From an uncultured delta proteobacterium (GTDB lineage Bacteria; Desulfobacterota; RBG-13-43-22): a stretch of DNA of 64,000 nt. The stretch is taken from contig CAVUPH010000022.1 of the NCBI GenBank assembly GCA_963743305.1, positions 53,545-117,544 of the forward strand. The letters run 5' to 3'. The notes under the pieces were generated by a model that made no database searches, was not told the origin of the DNA, and was given only the letters and a program-made list of their open reading frames with translations. The position numbers and the translations under genes are program-made. This document shows, piece after piece, positions 9,309 to 18,393 of the stretch; the first letter of the stretch is position 1, and every line of letters starts with the position of its first letter.

Positions 9309-11828
9309 ATGGGGTTGGCGGTGTGTTTGTTTCTTGGAGCGGCGGCGACTGTTCAGCCGTCCAAGGCTGCAGACGCACCGGTCATGGTTGTAGGTCGCGT
9401 ATCTTATATCGAAGGAGATCTGCTCCGATATGTTCCTGAGGAGAAGGACTGGGTGGCTGTGGTCAGGGATACACCCTTTGGATCAGAGGATACACTCTTC
9501 TCCGGAAGCCGGGGGATGGCGGAGCTGATCGTTCCCAACGGGACCTGGATCAGGATTGGGAACAGCACCCAAATCCAGTTCTTCACCCTTGATACGGACC
9601 TGGCCGAAATGGACGTGGCTTCGGGCGTGGCCCGGTTCTACAACAAAAACCCCGAGACGGTCATCAAGGTCACGAGCCCCTTCGGGTACGTCCTGGCTTA
9701 TTCGGGCACGGTCTTTGACTTCTACGTGGGCGACAACTCCGTTGAAGTCGTTGCCGTAAAGGGAAGGGTAAGTTTCGTCCACTCGGCAACCGGGGCCAAA
9801 TACGACGTGGCGGCCGGGTCCGGTTCGATCCTCGCTGACCAGCAGCAGGTATCCTCCGGCGAGGGAACCGTCGATCCTGACTGGAACCGGTGGAACGGGG
9901 GTCGTGAAAACTTTTGGGCGGCAAAGGCCAGGGTGAGGGGCCGCTCGGTCGAATATCTTCCTCCCAATCTCCGAGACGAGGCGTATGCCTTTGAGGAGAA
10001 CGGAAGGTGGGAGCGAGTCCCCTATGAGGGCGCGGAGCGCTGGTGCTGGCGGCCAAGAGTAGTGGTCGGCTGGTCGCCTTTTACCGTGGGCCGCTGGACC
10101 GACTGGTACGGGGACCAGACCTGGATTCCGGCAGAACCCTTCGGTTACGTCACCCACCATTACGGCCACTGGATTTACCTGAGGAATTACTGGTACTGGG
10201 CCCCGCCGGTGGTGATCGGGCGCGGCGGCCCCCCCATTCTCGACACAGACTTCTTTTGGAGTCCTGGAAGGGTGTCCTGGATTCACAGTGGAGCGTATGT
10301 GGGCTGGGTGCCTCTGGCGCCTCGCGAAACGTACTACAGCTACCACCGCTGGGGAGGTCCCCATGACGTGGTCGTAACCAAGTCCAATTTCGGGCAGTTC
10401 AATCTCAATCCCCGGAATTATGCCTACGCCAACCGTGCCATCGTGGTCCCCCGGGCAGATTTCTACCGGGTGAGCAATTACCGGGATGTCCGGGTGACCA
10501 AAGTTGACCGTGCCAGCATCATCAAGGACTACCGTATGGCGCCGGTCGTCAATAACACGGTGATCGACAATTACACGAAAATCAAGCAGCGGTACAACTA
10601 CACCAACGTCAAGGTAAACGAGAAGCCCCACAACACCGTGATCAACCGGATTCAGAAGAATGAGGCGATTATTCATGGAGGCAGGGAAGAAAAAGCTTCC
10701 CTGCTCCAGGAGCGAGTGAAGGGCCTGCCGGAGGGGAGGATCAACCGCGAGGCCCGGATCGAAGCGCCCAGGGTCACGAACTATATCGTACCGGCGAGCG
10801 AGGTGAACCGACCGAAATCAGAAATAAAGCTTCAGCAAAAGGAAATTAAAAGGAGCGGAGAGGGAACAGCGGTGACCCGACCCGGAGTGGCTGTCAAGCC
10901 CGGGCAGCAGCCGGCGGCCCGACCGGAGCGCGTGGCGCCGGCCAAGCCGAGTCAGCCGGAACGGGTAGCGCCGGCGAGGCCGAGTCCGCCGGAGCAGCCG
11001 GGTCAAGCCGCCAGACCGGAACGGGTGAGTCCCGCCAGACCGGTGCCGCCGGAACAGCCGGCGGCCCGACCGGAGCGCGTAGCGCCGGCCAAGCCGAGTC
11101 AGCCGGAACGGGTAGCGCCGGCGAGGCCGAGTCCGCCGGAGCAGCCGGGTCAAGCCGCCAGACCGGAACGAGTGAGTCCCGCCAGACCGGTGCCGCCGGA
11201 ACAGCCGGCGGCCCGACCGGAGCGCGTAGCGCCGGCCAAGCCGAGTCAGCCGGAACGGGTAGCGCCGGCGAGGCCGAGTCCGCCGGAGCAGCCGGGTCAA
11301 GCCGCCAGACCGGAACGAGTGAGTCCCGCCAGACCGGTGCCGCCGGAACAGCCGGCGGCCCGACCGGAGCGCGTGGCGCCGGCCAAGCCGAGTCAGCCGG
11401 AACGGGTAGCGCCGGCGAGGCCGAGTCCGTCGGAGCAGCCGGGTCAAGCCGCCAGACCGGAACGAGTGAGTCCCGCCAGACCGGCGCCGCCGGAGCAGCC
11501 GGCGGCCCGACCGGAGCGCGTGGCGCCGGCCAAGCCGAGTCAGCCGGAACGGGTAGCGCCGACGAGACCGAGTCCGCCGGAGCAGCCGGGCCAAGCCGCC
11601 AGACCGGAACGAGTGAGTCCGGCCAGACCGGCGCCGCCGGAGCAGCCGGCGGCCCGACCGGAGCGTGTGGCGCCGGCCAAGCCGAGTCAGCCGGAACGGG
11701 TAGCGCCGACAAAACCGAGTCCGCCGGAGCGGCCCGGCCAAGCCGTAGAACCTGACCGAACGAAAAAGCAGAAGGAGCCCCCGGATGAGCGTGAGGACCA
11801 GCCCGAACAACGGGAGAAGAAGCGATAA
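9309..11828 (+). CDS. Secreted FecR-domain / DUF6600-like protein with a Pro-rich repeat tail
   Basis: Signal-peptide-like N-terminus, FecR-like beta region, Trp-rich GWSPFTVGRW...EPFGYVTHHYGHW...VGWVPLAPRE, and 49-aa repeats. Confidence 0.8.
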   Translation: MGLAVCLFLGAAATVQPSKAADAPVMVVGRVSYIEGDLLRYVPEEKDWVAVVRDTPFGSEDTLFSGSRGMAELIVPNGTWIRIGNSTQIQFFTLDTDLAEMDVASGVARFYNKNPETVIKVTSPFGYVLAYSGTVFDFYVGDNSVEVVAVKGRVSFVHSATGAKYDVAAGSGSILADQQQVSSGEGTVDPDWNRWNGGRENFWAAKARVRGRSVEYLPPNLRDEAYAFEENGRWERVPYEGAERWCWRPRVVVGWSPFTVGRWTDWYGDQTWIPAEPFGYVTHHYGHWIYLRNYWYWAPPVVIGRGGPPILDTDFFWSPGRVSWIHSGAYVGWVPLAPRETYYSYHRWGGPHDVVVTKSNFGQFNLNPRNYAYANRAIVVPRADFYRVSNYRDVRVTKVDRASIIKDYRMAPVVNNTVIDNYTKIKQRYNYTNVKVNEKPHNTVINRIQKNEAIIHGGREEKASLLQERVKGLPEGRINREARIEAPRVTNYIVPASEVNRPKSEIKLQQKEIKRSGEGTAVTRPGVAVKPGQQPAARPERVAPAKPSQPERVAPARPSPPEQPGQAARPERVSPARPVPPEQPAARPERVAPAKPSQPERVAPARPSPPEQPGQAARPERVSPARPVPPEQPAARPERVAPAKPSQPERVAPARPSPPEQPGQAARPERVSPARPVPPEQPAARPERVAPAKPSQPERVAPARPSPSEQPGQAARPERVSPARPAPPEQPAARPERVAPAKPSQPERVAPTRPSPPEQPGQAARPERVSPARPAPPEQPAARPERVAPAKPSQPERVAPTKPSPPERPGQAVEPDRTKKQKEPPDEREDQPEQREKKR
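10905..11750 (+). repeat. Intragenic 147-bp tandem repeat, about 5.7 copies
   Basis: Units start at 10905, 11052, 11199, 11346, 11493 and 11640 and encode EQPAARPERVAPAKPSQPERVAPARPSPPEQPGQAARPERVSPARP(V/A)PP. Confidence 0.95.
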
Positions 11829-11872
11829 GGCAGGCTGGGAACGAAGACGATTGATCGCCAGAGGAGATCCAA

Positions 11873-12073
11873 ATGATAAAACGGGGTAAGAGGGTCATGG
11901 CGGCATTAGTAATGGGTGCTTTGATTGCAGGGCTATCCTGCTGCCAGAAAAAAGAGGGTCCGCTGGAGAGCGCGGGTAAGCAAATGGATAAGGCGGTGGA
12001 AAAGGCCGGGCAGCAGATCGAAAAGACTGGGGATAAAATCGAGGATACGGCAAAAGACGCTAATAGAAAATAG
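11873..12073 (+). CDS. Small helical lipoprotein (stress-associated)
   Basis: Lipobox-like LSCC, then KKEGPLESAGKQMDKAVEKAGQQIEK amphipathic repeats; SD GAGGAG. Confidence 0.8.
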   Translation: MIKRGKRVMAALVMGALIAGLSCCQKKEGPLESAGKQMDKAVEKAGQQIEKTGDKIEDTAKDANRK

Positions 12074-12241
12074 CCTTGTGGGTGGCGCCATTCGCTCACC
12101 GTATTTGGCATCGTTTCCACCTGGATGAGCAATAAGAGAACACCGTTTTGTCCAGGGGGTGGGGTCTCCAGGGCGCGGCCTTATTATTTTCTGTTTGCCG
12201 TGTTCTCATTATCGAACCGATGGGAGTGGGGAAATAAGTAA

Positions 12242-13336
12242 ATGGAGGATAAGGGGAAGGGCCCGGCCAAGGCGCCCGCGATATTGATACTGGCCGGTTT
12301 TGTCATTGTGGTGGCAGGGATGAAGGCGGCCAGTTCCCTCCTGGTTCCTTTTTTTCTAGCGGTGTTCATTGCGGTCATTTGCGCTCCGCCATTATTCTGG
12401 CTGCAACGCCAGGGCGTGCCGAAGTTTATGGCGCTTCTTTCCATTCTGGCGGCCATCCTGGCTGTAGGATTACTCTTTGGCTTATTGATAGGGCCCTCGC
12501 TGAATCATTTCTTGACCTCTCTTCCCGGCTATCAAGAGCGCTTATCGACCCATATTGTTTCTTTATTGAGCTGGCTGCGCGAAAAGGGCGTTAACATTCC
12601 AGCCGGAGAGGTGCCGGGTACTTTACACGCGGGATGGGTAATGAATTGGGCGGGAAGCATATTCTCCGCCCTGAGCGGGGTCCTCACCAATGGGTTTCTG
12701 ATCCTGCTTACGGTTGTCTTCATCCTGCTGGAGGCAGCAGATTTGCCAAAGAAATTGCGAGTCGTATTACCAAATCCGGAGAGGTCGCTGGCTGCTATTG
12801 AGCAATTCAGCCGGAGCGCCAAACGCTATTTGGTCATTAAAACCCTGATCAGCGCGGCCGTCGGCCTGGCGATCTGGCTTTGGCTCATAATCCTCGGGGT
12901 CGATTATCCGGTGCTCTGGGGAACGCTCTCCTTTTTGCTGAACTATGTGCCTAATATTGGCGCAATCATTGCTGCCGTTCCGGTAGCCCTTCTCGCTCTA
13001 GTCCAGTTAGGGGTGGGATCTGCCCTTCTGGCGGTCCTTGGCTTTGTCGTGGTGCATATTGTTTTGGGTAGTATCATTGAACCGAAACTGACAGGCAAAG
13101 GCCTGGGTTTGTCGGTGCTGGTCGTCTTCCTTTCCATGGTTTTCTGGGGATGGGTCCTGGGACCGATTGGTATGATTCTTTCAGTGCCCATAACCAGGTT
13201 GGCCACGATCGCGCTGGAAAGTTTTGAAAAAACACGGGGGCTGGCCTTCATGCTGGGATCCGAAACCGAGATTGAGTGGGTCGAAGAGTTGGAGATGGCG
13301 GATGCGATAAAGCGCGAAAAAAAGAAGGATCGATGA
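12242..13336 (+). CDS. AI-2E (PerM/YhhT) family transporter
   Basis: Multi-TM protein with LLNYVPNIGAIIA, IIEPKL and FWGWVLGPIGMILSVP. Confidence 0.92.
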   Translation: MEDKGKGPAKAPAILILAGFVIVVAGMKAASSLLVPFFLAVFIAVICAPPLFWLQRQGVPKFMALLSILAAILAVGLLFGLLIGPSLNHFLTSLPGYQERLSTHIVSLLSWLREKGVNIPAGEVPGTLHAGWVMNWAGSIFSALSGVLTNGFLILLTVVFILLEAADLPKKLRVVLPNPERSLAAIEQFSRSAKRYLVIKTLISAAVGLAIWLWLIILGVDYPVLWGTLSFLLNYVPNIGAIIAAVPVALLALVQLGVGSALLAVLGFVVVHIVLGSIIEPKLTGKGLGLSVLVVFLSMVFWGWVLGPIGMILSVPITRLATIALESFEKTRGLAFMLGSETEIEWVEELEMADAIKREKKKDR

Positions 13337-14184
13337 GATTCAAACGGCTCAAAAAGATTCTCAAAGACTTCGGTTTCCTCTGGCAGGCTCTGAAAAAATT
13401 CAATGATGACAATGGGTTCTTTTTATCCGCGGGGATTGCCTTCAATATCCTCCTCAATTTGATTCCTTTTATCATGCTGTTATTGGCCCTGGTGGGAACC
13501 TATCTCTACAACGACCGGGAAGTGCTCAATCATATTCGGGCCTATTTCAGGGATGTGGCCCCAGCCTTGGATCCAAAGATTACGAGCAATCTGATGGACG
13601 TTATCCAGAACCGTCAGGTTGTGGGAATTTTGGGGTTTGTCGGTTTGCTCTGGTTCTCCACCTGGCTTTTCAGCTCCCTGCGCGTCGCTCTCAATATGGT
13701 GTTTCGGGAGGAGAAAAGCCGAAGAATGCTTCGAGGGGTAGCCGTGGATCTTTTAATGATTCTCCTGGCGGGAATCCTCCTCCTGGTGAGCATGATTCTT
13801 AGCTCTTTTGCCACTGTCCTACCGGATTACCAGGGACGGATTCCAGTGGCCATAGGACCGACGATTCAATGGACCCTCAAGTACCTATTTCCTTTTGCCC
13901 TCACCTATTGCATGTTTTTCTTGATTTACAAAATCATCCCTAACCAGAGAGTCCACTTCCTATCCGCCCTTCAGGCGGCCCTTTTTTCCGGTGTGCTCTG
14001 GGAACTGGCCAAACATCTATTTACCTGGTATGTGGTCCACCTCGCCCAGTACTCTTTTTTCTATGGCTCATTCAGTACCGTGATCATTTTCGTGTTGTGG
14101 GTCTATTATTCTTCGACGATTCTCATGGTGGGCGGGGAGTTTGCCTATTTCTTGGAAGAAGATCGACAGGGATCCGCGGCCTGA
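13333..14184 (+). CDS. YihY/BrkB family inner-membrane protein
   Basis: ATGA overlap with the upstream gene. DDNGFFLSAGIAF, LWELAKHLFTWY and YGSFSTVIIFVLWVYYSS..GGE. Confidence 0.9.
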   Translation: MRFKRLKKILKDFGFLWQALKKFNDDNGFFLSAGIAFNILLNLIPFIMLLLALVGTYLYNDREVLNHIRAYFRDVAPALDPKITSNLMDVIQNRQVVGILGFVGLLWFSTWLFSSLRVALNMVFREEKSRRMLRGVAVDLLMILLAGILLLVSMILSSFATVLPDYQGRIPVAIGPTIQWTLKYLFPFALTYCMFFLIYKIIPNQRVHFLSALQAALFSGVLWELAKHLFTWYVVHLAQYSFFYGSFSTVIIFVLWVYYSSTILMVGGEFAYFLEEDRQGSAA

Positions 14185-14238
14185 AAAGATCAGTATCTTG
14201 GAAGGCCGATAACAAAGAAGCGAAAAACGGAGGTGAAA

Positions 14239-14378
14239 CCAGGCCAAAGGTTGTCATGGTCGGCGCGGGAAGTGTGGGAACAACGCTGGCCCACACGTTG
14301 CAGATCACCGGCGTGGCCATGGAGATCGTTTTAATCGACAGAAATCACGAGCCGGCCGAGGGTCAGGCGCTGGCCTAA
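14239..14378 (+). pseudogene. ldh: L-lactate dehydrogenase N-terminal remnant
   Basis: KVVMVGAGSVGTTLAHTLQITGVAMEIVLIDRNHEPAEGQALA* matches the LDH Rossmann start (GAGxVG...EIVLID...AEGxALD) and stops after about 45 aa. Confidence 0.7.
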
Positions 14379-14386
14379 TGGTCGTT

Positions 14387-14457
14387 AAAATACTGCCATT
14401 TTTCTGCTAAAATTACAGTTTCCCCCCATTCCAATCATTGCCCGTCCCGGTTATCCT
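14387..14457 (+). promoter_or_regulatory. Tandem activator box + -10 (motif family A, copy 4)
   Basis: AAAATAC at 14387, box AAAATTACAGTTTCCCCCCATT at 14409-14430, 21 nt, TATCCT at 14452-14457. Confidence 0.68.
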
Positions 14458-14494
14458 GCCAACTGTAAGGATGTCCGGCTGTCTTTTAAGTTTC

Positions 14495-14639
14495 CCTCAA
14501 TATATGGAGGCCCCGCCAAATATGGAGGTCCGGCACCTCATTTCAACCTTCTTTACGGTGAGCTCCATTAATATAACTTGTTGATATAAAATAGGTTTAA
14601 GACTTATTTTTTTCCACCGGCTATTGGTAGGCTACTTGC
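14495..14639 (+). promoter_or_regulatory. sigma54 promoter with double-palindrome enhancer and IHF site (motif family B, copy 2)
   Basis: CCTCAATATATGGAGG at 14495-14510 and CCGCCAAATATGGAGG at 14513-14528. TAACTTGTTGATA (reverse complement TATCAACAAGTTA, IHF consensus WATCAAN4TTR) near 14574. GG at 14626-7, N10, GC at 14638-9. Confidence 0.82.
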
Positions 14640-14815
14640 AATGGTATTTAATAGAATGGAATTTAAATAAATGAACTTAAATAAATTTAGGAGGCGTAAA
14701 ATGAATTGAGACATCAAGGATGGTTAAACTCGAAAAAAAAATTTGGGACCTGAAGCAAGAAATTTAGTCCAAAAAACCGGAAACTTGTCATTAATCACCC
14801 AAAAGGAGACCGATC

Positions 14816-15319
14816 ATGAAACGAATTGCTCAGCAGTTTACTAATTCAACGGTAGTGGTTATTTCGGCGGTGGCCTTCTTGGTCACTATCGCTTTCGCCG
14901 GCGCCAATCTTTCCCGGGCGGCCTCGGCCGAACCGGCCCAGAAGCCCCCGGCTAAGGTCTCTAAAAAGGTCTCTAAAGTCGACCGTACCGAGGCTCGCAT
15001 TAAAGACCTTCAGGCCAAGCTCAAGATCACACCGGCCCAGGAGGAGCTATGGAATAAGGTCACCCAGGTGATGCGGGACAATGCCAAAACGATGGAGGCC
15101 CTTTACCAGGCCAGGGTCGAAAAAGCAAAGGACTTGACCGCCGTCGAGGATCTCAAATCCTATAGCGAAATCGCCCAGGCCCACGCGGAGGGGCTCAAGA
15201 ATTTCATCCCGGCCTTCGAGGCGCTCTATGCCAGCATGTCGGACGAGCAGAAAAAAGATGCGGATACCCTGTTCCGCTATGGCGGTCATCATAGGAAGGG
15301 CAAGGGCAGAAGCAAATGA
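14816..15319 (+). CDS. Spy/CpxP-family (LTXXQ motif) periplasmic chaperone
   Basis: Signal peptide, LKITPAQEELW and LYASMSDEQKKDAD. Confidence 0.85.
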   Translation: MKRIAQQFTNSTVVVISAVAFLVTIAFAGANLSRAASAEPAQKPPAKVSKKVSKVDRTEARIKDLQAKLKITPAQEELWNKVTQVMRDNAKTMEALYQARVEKAKDLTAVEDLKSYSEIAQAHAEGLKNFIPAFEALYASMSDEQKKDADTLFRYGGHHRKGKGRSK

Positions 15320-15360
15320 TCGCCGGCCTGACAACCACACGTCAAGAAAGGAAGGGACTT

Positions 15361-15648
15361 ATGAAAATTTCGATAGTCGGTAAGATCATGATGGCGCTTA
15401 TCTTTTTCTCCCTGATCGGCGGAATCTCCGCGGGGCCGGCGCTCGGCAGAAATGGCGATAGAGTCCAAAGGCCGCAGCAACGCGGCTGGGCCGATGACCG
15501 CGACCGGCATTGGGATCGCGGACGGCGAGGATATCGGTCCCGCGGTTACTACGACCGGGGACCCGTTTATGGTCCACCGATCTACGCTGTCCCGGTCCCA
15601 TCGCCGGGCGTCAGGATCTTCCTCCCCTTCCCGTTTGATATTCGCTAG
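15361..15648 (+). CDS. Small secreted Arg/Asp/Pro-rich protein
   Basis: Signal peptide MKISIVGK...AGPALG, a low-complexity R/D/G region and PPIYAVPVPSPGVRIFLPF. Confidence 0.7.
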   Translation: MKISIVGKIMMALIFFSLIGGISAGPALGRNGDRVQRPQQRGWADDRDRHWDRGRRGYRSRGYYDRGPVYGPPIYAVPVPSPGVRIFLPFPFDIR

Positions 15649-15763
15649 GGGAATCCTCAACGTCGATCGCCGATTGCTCACGGTTGCCTTTCTCTGCGCC
15701 GTCGTGAGCAATCGGGTTCGATGAGGATAAATAGATAACACTTAAAGAAGAAAGTATGGAAAA

Positions 15764-15934
15764 ATGAAAAAAATCATTATGTTATGGATTGTGTTGGGGA
15801 TGATATCCGTATCTCTGGGGGGCTGTTTTATACCCTATTATGATGACGGTGGAGGATACCGTGGACGTGATGGAGACAGAGGCGACAGACATGACCGCGG
15901 GGGCAGAGACGACAGATATGATCATAGATACTAA
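15764..15934 (+). CDS. 56-aa lipoprotein with an Arg/Asp/Gly low-complexity tail
   Basis: MKKIIMLWIVLGMISVSLGGC (lipobox LGGC) followed by FIPYYDDGGGYRGRDGDRGDRHDRGGRDDRYDHRY. Confidence 0.75.
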   Translation: MKKIIMLWIVLGMISVSLGGCFIPYYDDGGGYRGRDGDRGDRHDRGGRDDRYDHRY

Positions 15935-16003
15935 AGGGGCCGAAGGGGCTTTTTGTTCGCCCCGGATCTCGGATTATTCCTTTAAAAAAGGGGGGGATAA
16001 AAC

Positions 16004-16270
16004 ATGGCAGCATTTGATCGAGGCAAAGGACTGGCCAAGGGATTTTTTTGGGGTGGCCTAATTGGGCTGGTGATCGGCATCCTCCTGACCACGAAAAGGG
16101 AAAAGGCGACCTGGGAGGAAATCGGGAAATCCGCGGATGCACTGGTTGATAAAACCAAGGAGCAGATGGGACAGGCGCGGAGGAAAATGGAGGAACTGGC
16201 GAATCGGAGGAAGGATTCATCCGCCGGGGAACAGGAAAGTCCACAGGAAGCCAGTGCCCCTCAGTTATAA
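16004..16270 (+). CDS. YtxH-like general stress protein
   Basis: KGFFWGGLIGLVIGILL anchor followed by a charged helix. Confidence 0.72.
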   Translation: MAAFDRGKGLAKGFFWGGLIGLVIGILLTTKREKATWEEIGKSADALVDKTKEQMGQARRKMEELANRRKDSSAGEQESPQEASAPQL

Positions 16271-16367
16271 GGGGCATTATGAGAAGAACCCTCCGTTCCC
16301 GATGGCTGATCGAACAATCAACCAGAATACCCGCAGTCAAACCGAAGTTCGAGAGGAGGAAACCATT

Positions 16368-16547
16368 ATGAAATCCAGCACCGAAGACCAGGCTCAAGGC
16401 AAGTTTCATGAAGTGAAGGGTAAGGTTAAGGAGGAAATCGGCAAACTCACCTCAAATCCCACGCTGGAAGCCGAAGGCCAAAGCGAGAAGGGCGCCGGAA
16501 AAGTCCAACAAGTGGTCGGTAAGGTCAAGAATATCCTGGGGAAGTAG
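16368..16547 (+). CDS. csbD: CsbD-family stress protein
   Basis: MKSSTEDQAQGKFHEVKGKVKEEIGKLTSNPTLEAEG; SD GAGGAGG. Confidence 0.9.
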   Translation: MKSSTEDQAQGKFHEVKGKVKEEIGKLTSNPTLEAEGQSEKGAGKVQQVVGKVKNILGK

Positions 16548-16686
16548 CGGAGGTCCAGACGGTCCTCTGCTACGCGGCCTCAAGGTTCGAATGAGCATGG
16601 CCGTTGAATAGTTCTTCTGCAGTGCCTAAGCCGGAGCGGACCTTGTTGGCCCGCTTCCGATAACAAGAGAGGAGGTGTATTCGATC

Positions 16687-16878
16687 ATGCCTTTAACGCA
16701 AGTCATTGTGGTTCTGATCGTGGTGGGTGTTATTCTCTGGCTCATCAACCGATTCATCCCCATGGCGGGCTCCATTAAGTCGATTTTGAATGCCGTCGTG
16801 GTTATCGTCGTTGTCCTGTGGCTCCTGAGTGTTTTTGGGATTTTGGGTTCCCTTTCTCAAATCCGCGTAGGGAAGTAA
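16687..16878 (+). CDS. Thivi_2564-like small two-TM membrane protein
   Basis: MPLTQVIVVLIVVGVILWLINRFIPMAGSIKSILNAVVVIVVVLWLL; SD GGAGG. Confidence 0.85.
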   Translation: MPLTQVIVVLIVVGVILWLINRFIPMAGSIKSILNAVVVIVVVLWLLSVFGILGSLSQIRVGK

Positions 16879-17001
16879 CACCCTTGGTTCAGCGCGGATG
16901 GGGCCCCGTCGTCATGATTGAAAACGAAGCCATCCGCGCGCGGGAAACGTTAGTGGGGTTCTATTGGGAAAAGCGCAGTGGTACGGCTTTCGGCCGCCAA
17001 G

Positions 17002-17154
17002 TAAGAACCCGTCAAGAAATAAGCTGTACAATGCCGCTAATATCTCCGTTCATGCTGAGCCTGTCGAAGCATTGCCGTATCGTTCACCCTTCGACAAGCT
17101 CAGGGCGAACGGTTGTAGGGCCGTTTGTTAAGGTTATTTGTTTACAGATCCTAA
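17002..17154. mobile_element. MITE family 1, copy A (IS5-like TIRs, TAA target duplication, internal REP-like hairpins)
   Basis: TAA|GAACCCGTCAAGAAATAA...TTATTTGTTTACAGATCC|TAA, with an inverted near-identical copy at 55639-55806. Confidence 0.85.
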
Positions 17155-17229
17155 GGATAACCGGACTACCCCTTATCCTGAAATCTGCGTTGGACTTTTT
17201 TGACAATGTTTTTTTAGAAAGGAAATATC

Positions 17230-17508
17230 ATGCCGACGACCTTAAAATCCAAGAGTATAGATGAATTACTGGCGGAGGCCGATGAACTTGTCCAAAAATA
17301 TAATTCCGAATTCCTCGAAGACCTGAAAGAGGAGCATCGCCTCCAGTTTGAAAAACATGCTCAAAAATTGCAGGAAATCAAATCTGAAATTCAGGCCAAG
17401 ACCGAGGAGAAAGGAACCATAGAATCTTTTTCCACGGCCGAGGGAATGCACCAGGCGGTCCTGGATATTATCAAGGCCATGAAGGATTTAACGAGTTACT
17501 TTTCCTGA
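17230..17508 (+). CDS. Hypothetical helical protein (92 aa)
   Basis: SD AAGGA and a coherent charged helical sequence. Confidence 0.7.
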   Translation: MPTTLKSKSIDELLAEADELVQKYNSEFLEDLKEEHRLQFEKHAQKLQEIKSEIQAKTEEKGTIESFSTAEGMHQAVLDIIKAMKDLTSYFS

Positions 17509-17589
17509 TTTTCGACAAAGGGGTTCATCCAACGGTAATAGCGCGCCTCTTTTTAATTCTCTCCCGCGGGGGCGCATAGACAGCGATCC

Positions 17590-17689
17590 CTGACCACGAG
17601 CCGATTACCTGAAGCCGTCCGGAACCGACCAGATCATCGCGGGCGATGGCGACGGGTACAACCCCAAGCCCGAAGAGGCGACCGGATGA
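17590..17689 (+). pseudogene. zwf: Degraded 3' end of glucose-6-phosphate dehydrogenase
   Basis: EPIT*...PSGTDQIIAGDGDGYNPKPEEATG* resembles the G6PDH C-terminus (YEPxTWGP..AD.II...GWHNP). Its stop overlaps the HAD ATG. Confidence 0.5.
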
Positions 17690-18393
17690 TCTCAGCCGAC
17701 GAAGTGGTATTCTTGTTTGACGTGGATAACACCCTGCTCGACAACGACCGCGTGCGAGAGGATCTCAAAAGCCATCTGGAGCGGGGGTTCGGGGCCGCGA
17801 CCCGGGATCGGTACTGGGCCATCTTTGAAGCGCTGCGCGCCGAGCTTGGCTACACGGACTACCTGGGCGCCTTACAGCGCTACCGGATCGAGGATCTGTG
17901 CGATCCTCGGCTGCTGCGGATGTCTTCATTCCTCGTTGATTATCCGTTTGCCGACCGACTCTATCCGGGGGCACTCGATGCGCTTAAATACGCTCGCACC
18001 TGGGGGAAGACGGTCATTCTGTCCGACGGAGACGTGGTCTTTCAGCCTCGCAAAGTGGAAAGATCGGGCCTCTGGGCTGCGGTCGAAGGCCGCGTGCTCA
18101 TTTACATTCACAAAGAGCAGATGCTGGCTGACGTGGAGCGGCACTACCCGGCCGGGCACTATGTGATGATAGACGATAAGCTGCGTATCCTCACGGTGAT
18201 GAAAAAGATCTGGAGGGATAAGCTCACTACGGTATTCCCGCGCCAGGGACATTACGCGCTTGATCCCAAAACCATCGCCTCCTATCCGACGGCTGACCTC
18301 ACCATCCATCGTATCGGCGATCTGCTCCACTCTGATTTACCCGCCTTACTCGGCGACACAAAAGCCGACAGCGCACACCAGGAGGTACCATGA
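17686..18393 (+). CDS. HAD-family hydrolase
   Basis: FLFDVDNTLLD motif I, LSDGD, IHKE and MIDDK. Confidence 0.9.
   Translation: MISADEVVFLFDVDNTLLDNDRVREDLKSHLERGFGAATRDRYWAIFEALRAELGYTDYLGALQRYRIEDLCDPRLLRMSSFLVDYPFADRLYPGALDALKYARTWGKTVILSDGDVVFQPRKVERSGLWAAVEGRVLIYIHKEQMLADVERHYPAGHYVMIDDKLRILTVMKKIWRDKLTTVFPRQGHYALDPKTIASYPTADLTIHRIGDLLHSDLPALLGDTKADSAHQEVP

Noticed and set aside
10818-12132. Long Arg-rich and Pro/Ala-rich minus-strand ORFs; possible CRISPR-like array
   Set aside because: These are shadows of the GC-rich 147-bp coding tandem repeat. The units are contiguous with no unique spacers, so it is not CRISPR.
12128-12215. Imperfect hairpin upstream of the AI-2E gene as a riboswitch
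   Set aside because: Only a ~12-bp outer stem, with no recognisable aptamer consensus.
17155-17210. Seventh family-A box (GGACTACCCCTTAT) upstream of 17230
   Set aside because: The spacing to a -10-like hexamer does not fit 20-21 nt, and the upstream AAATAC is absent (the MITE is inserted there).
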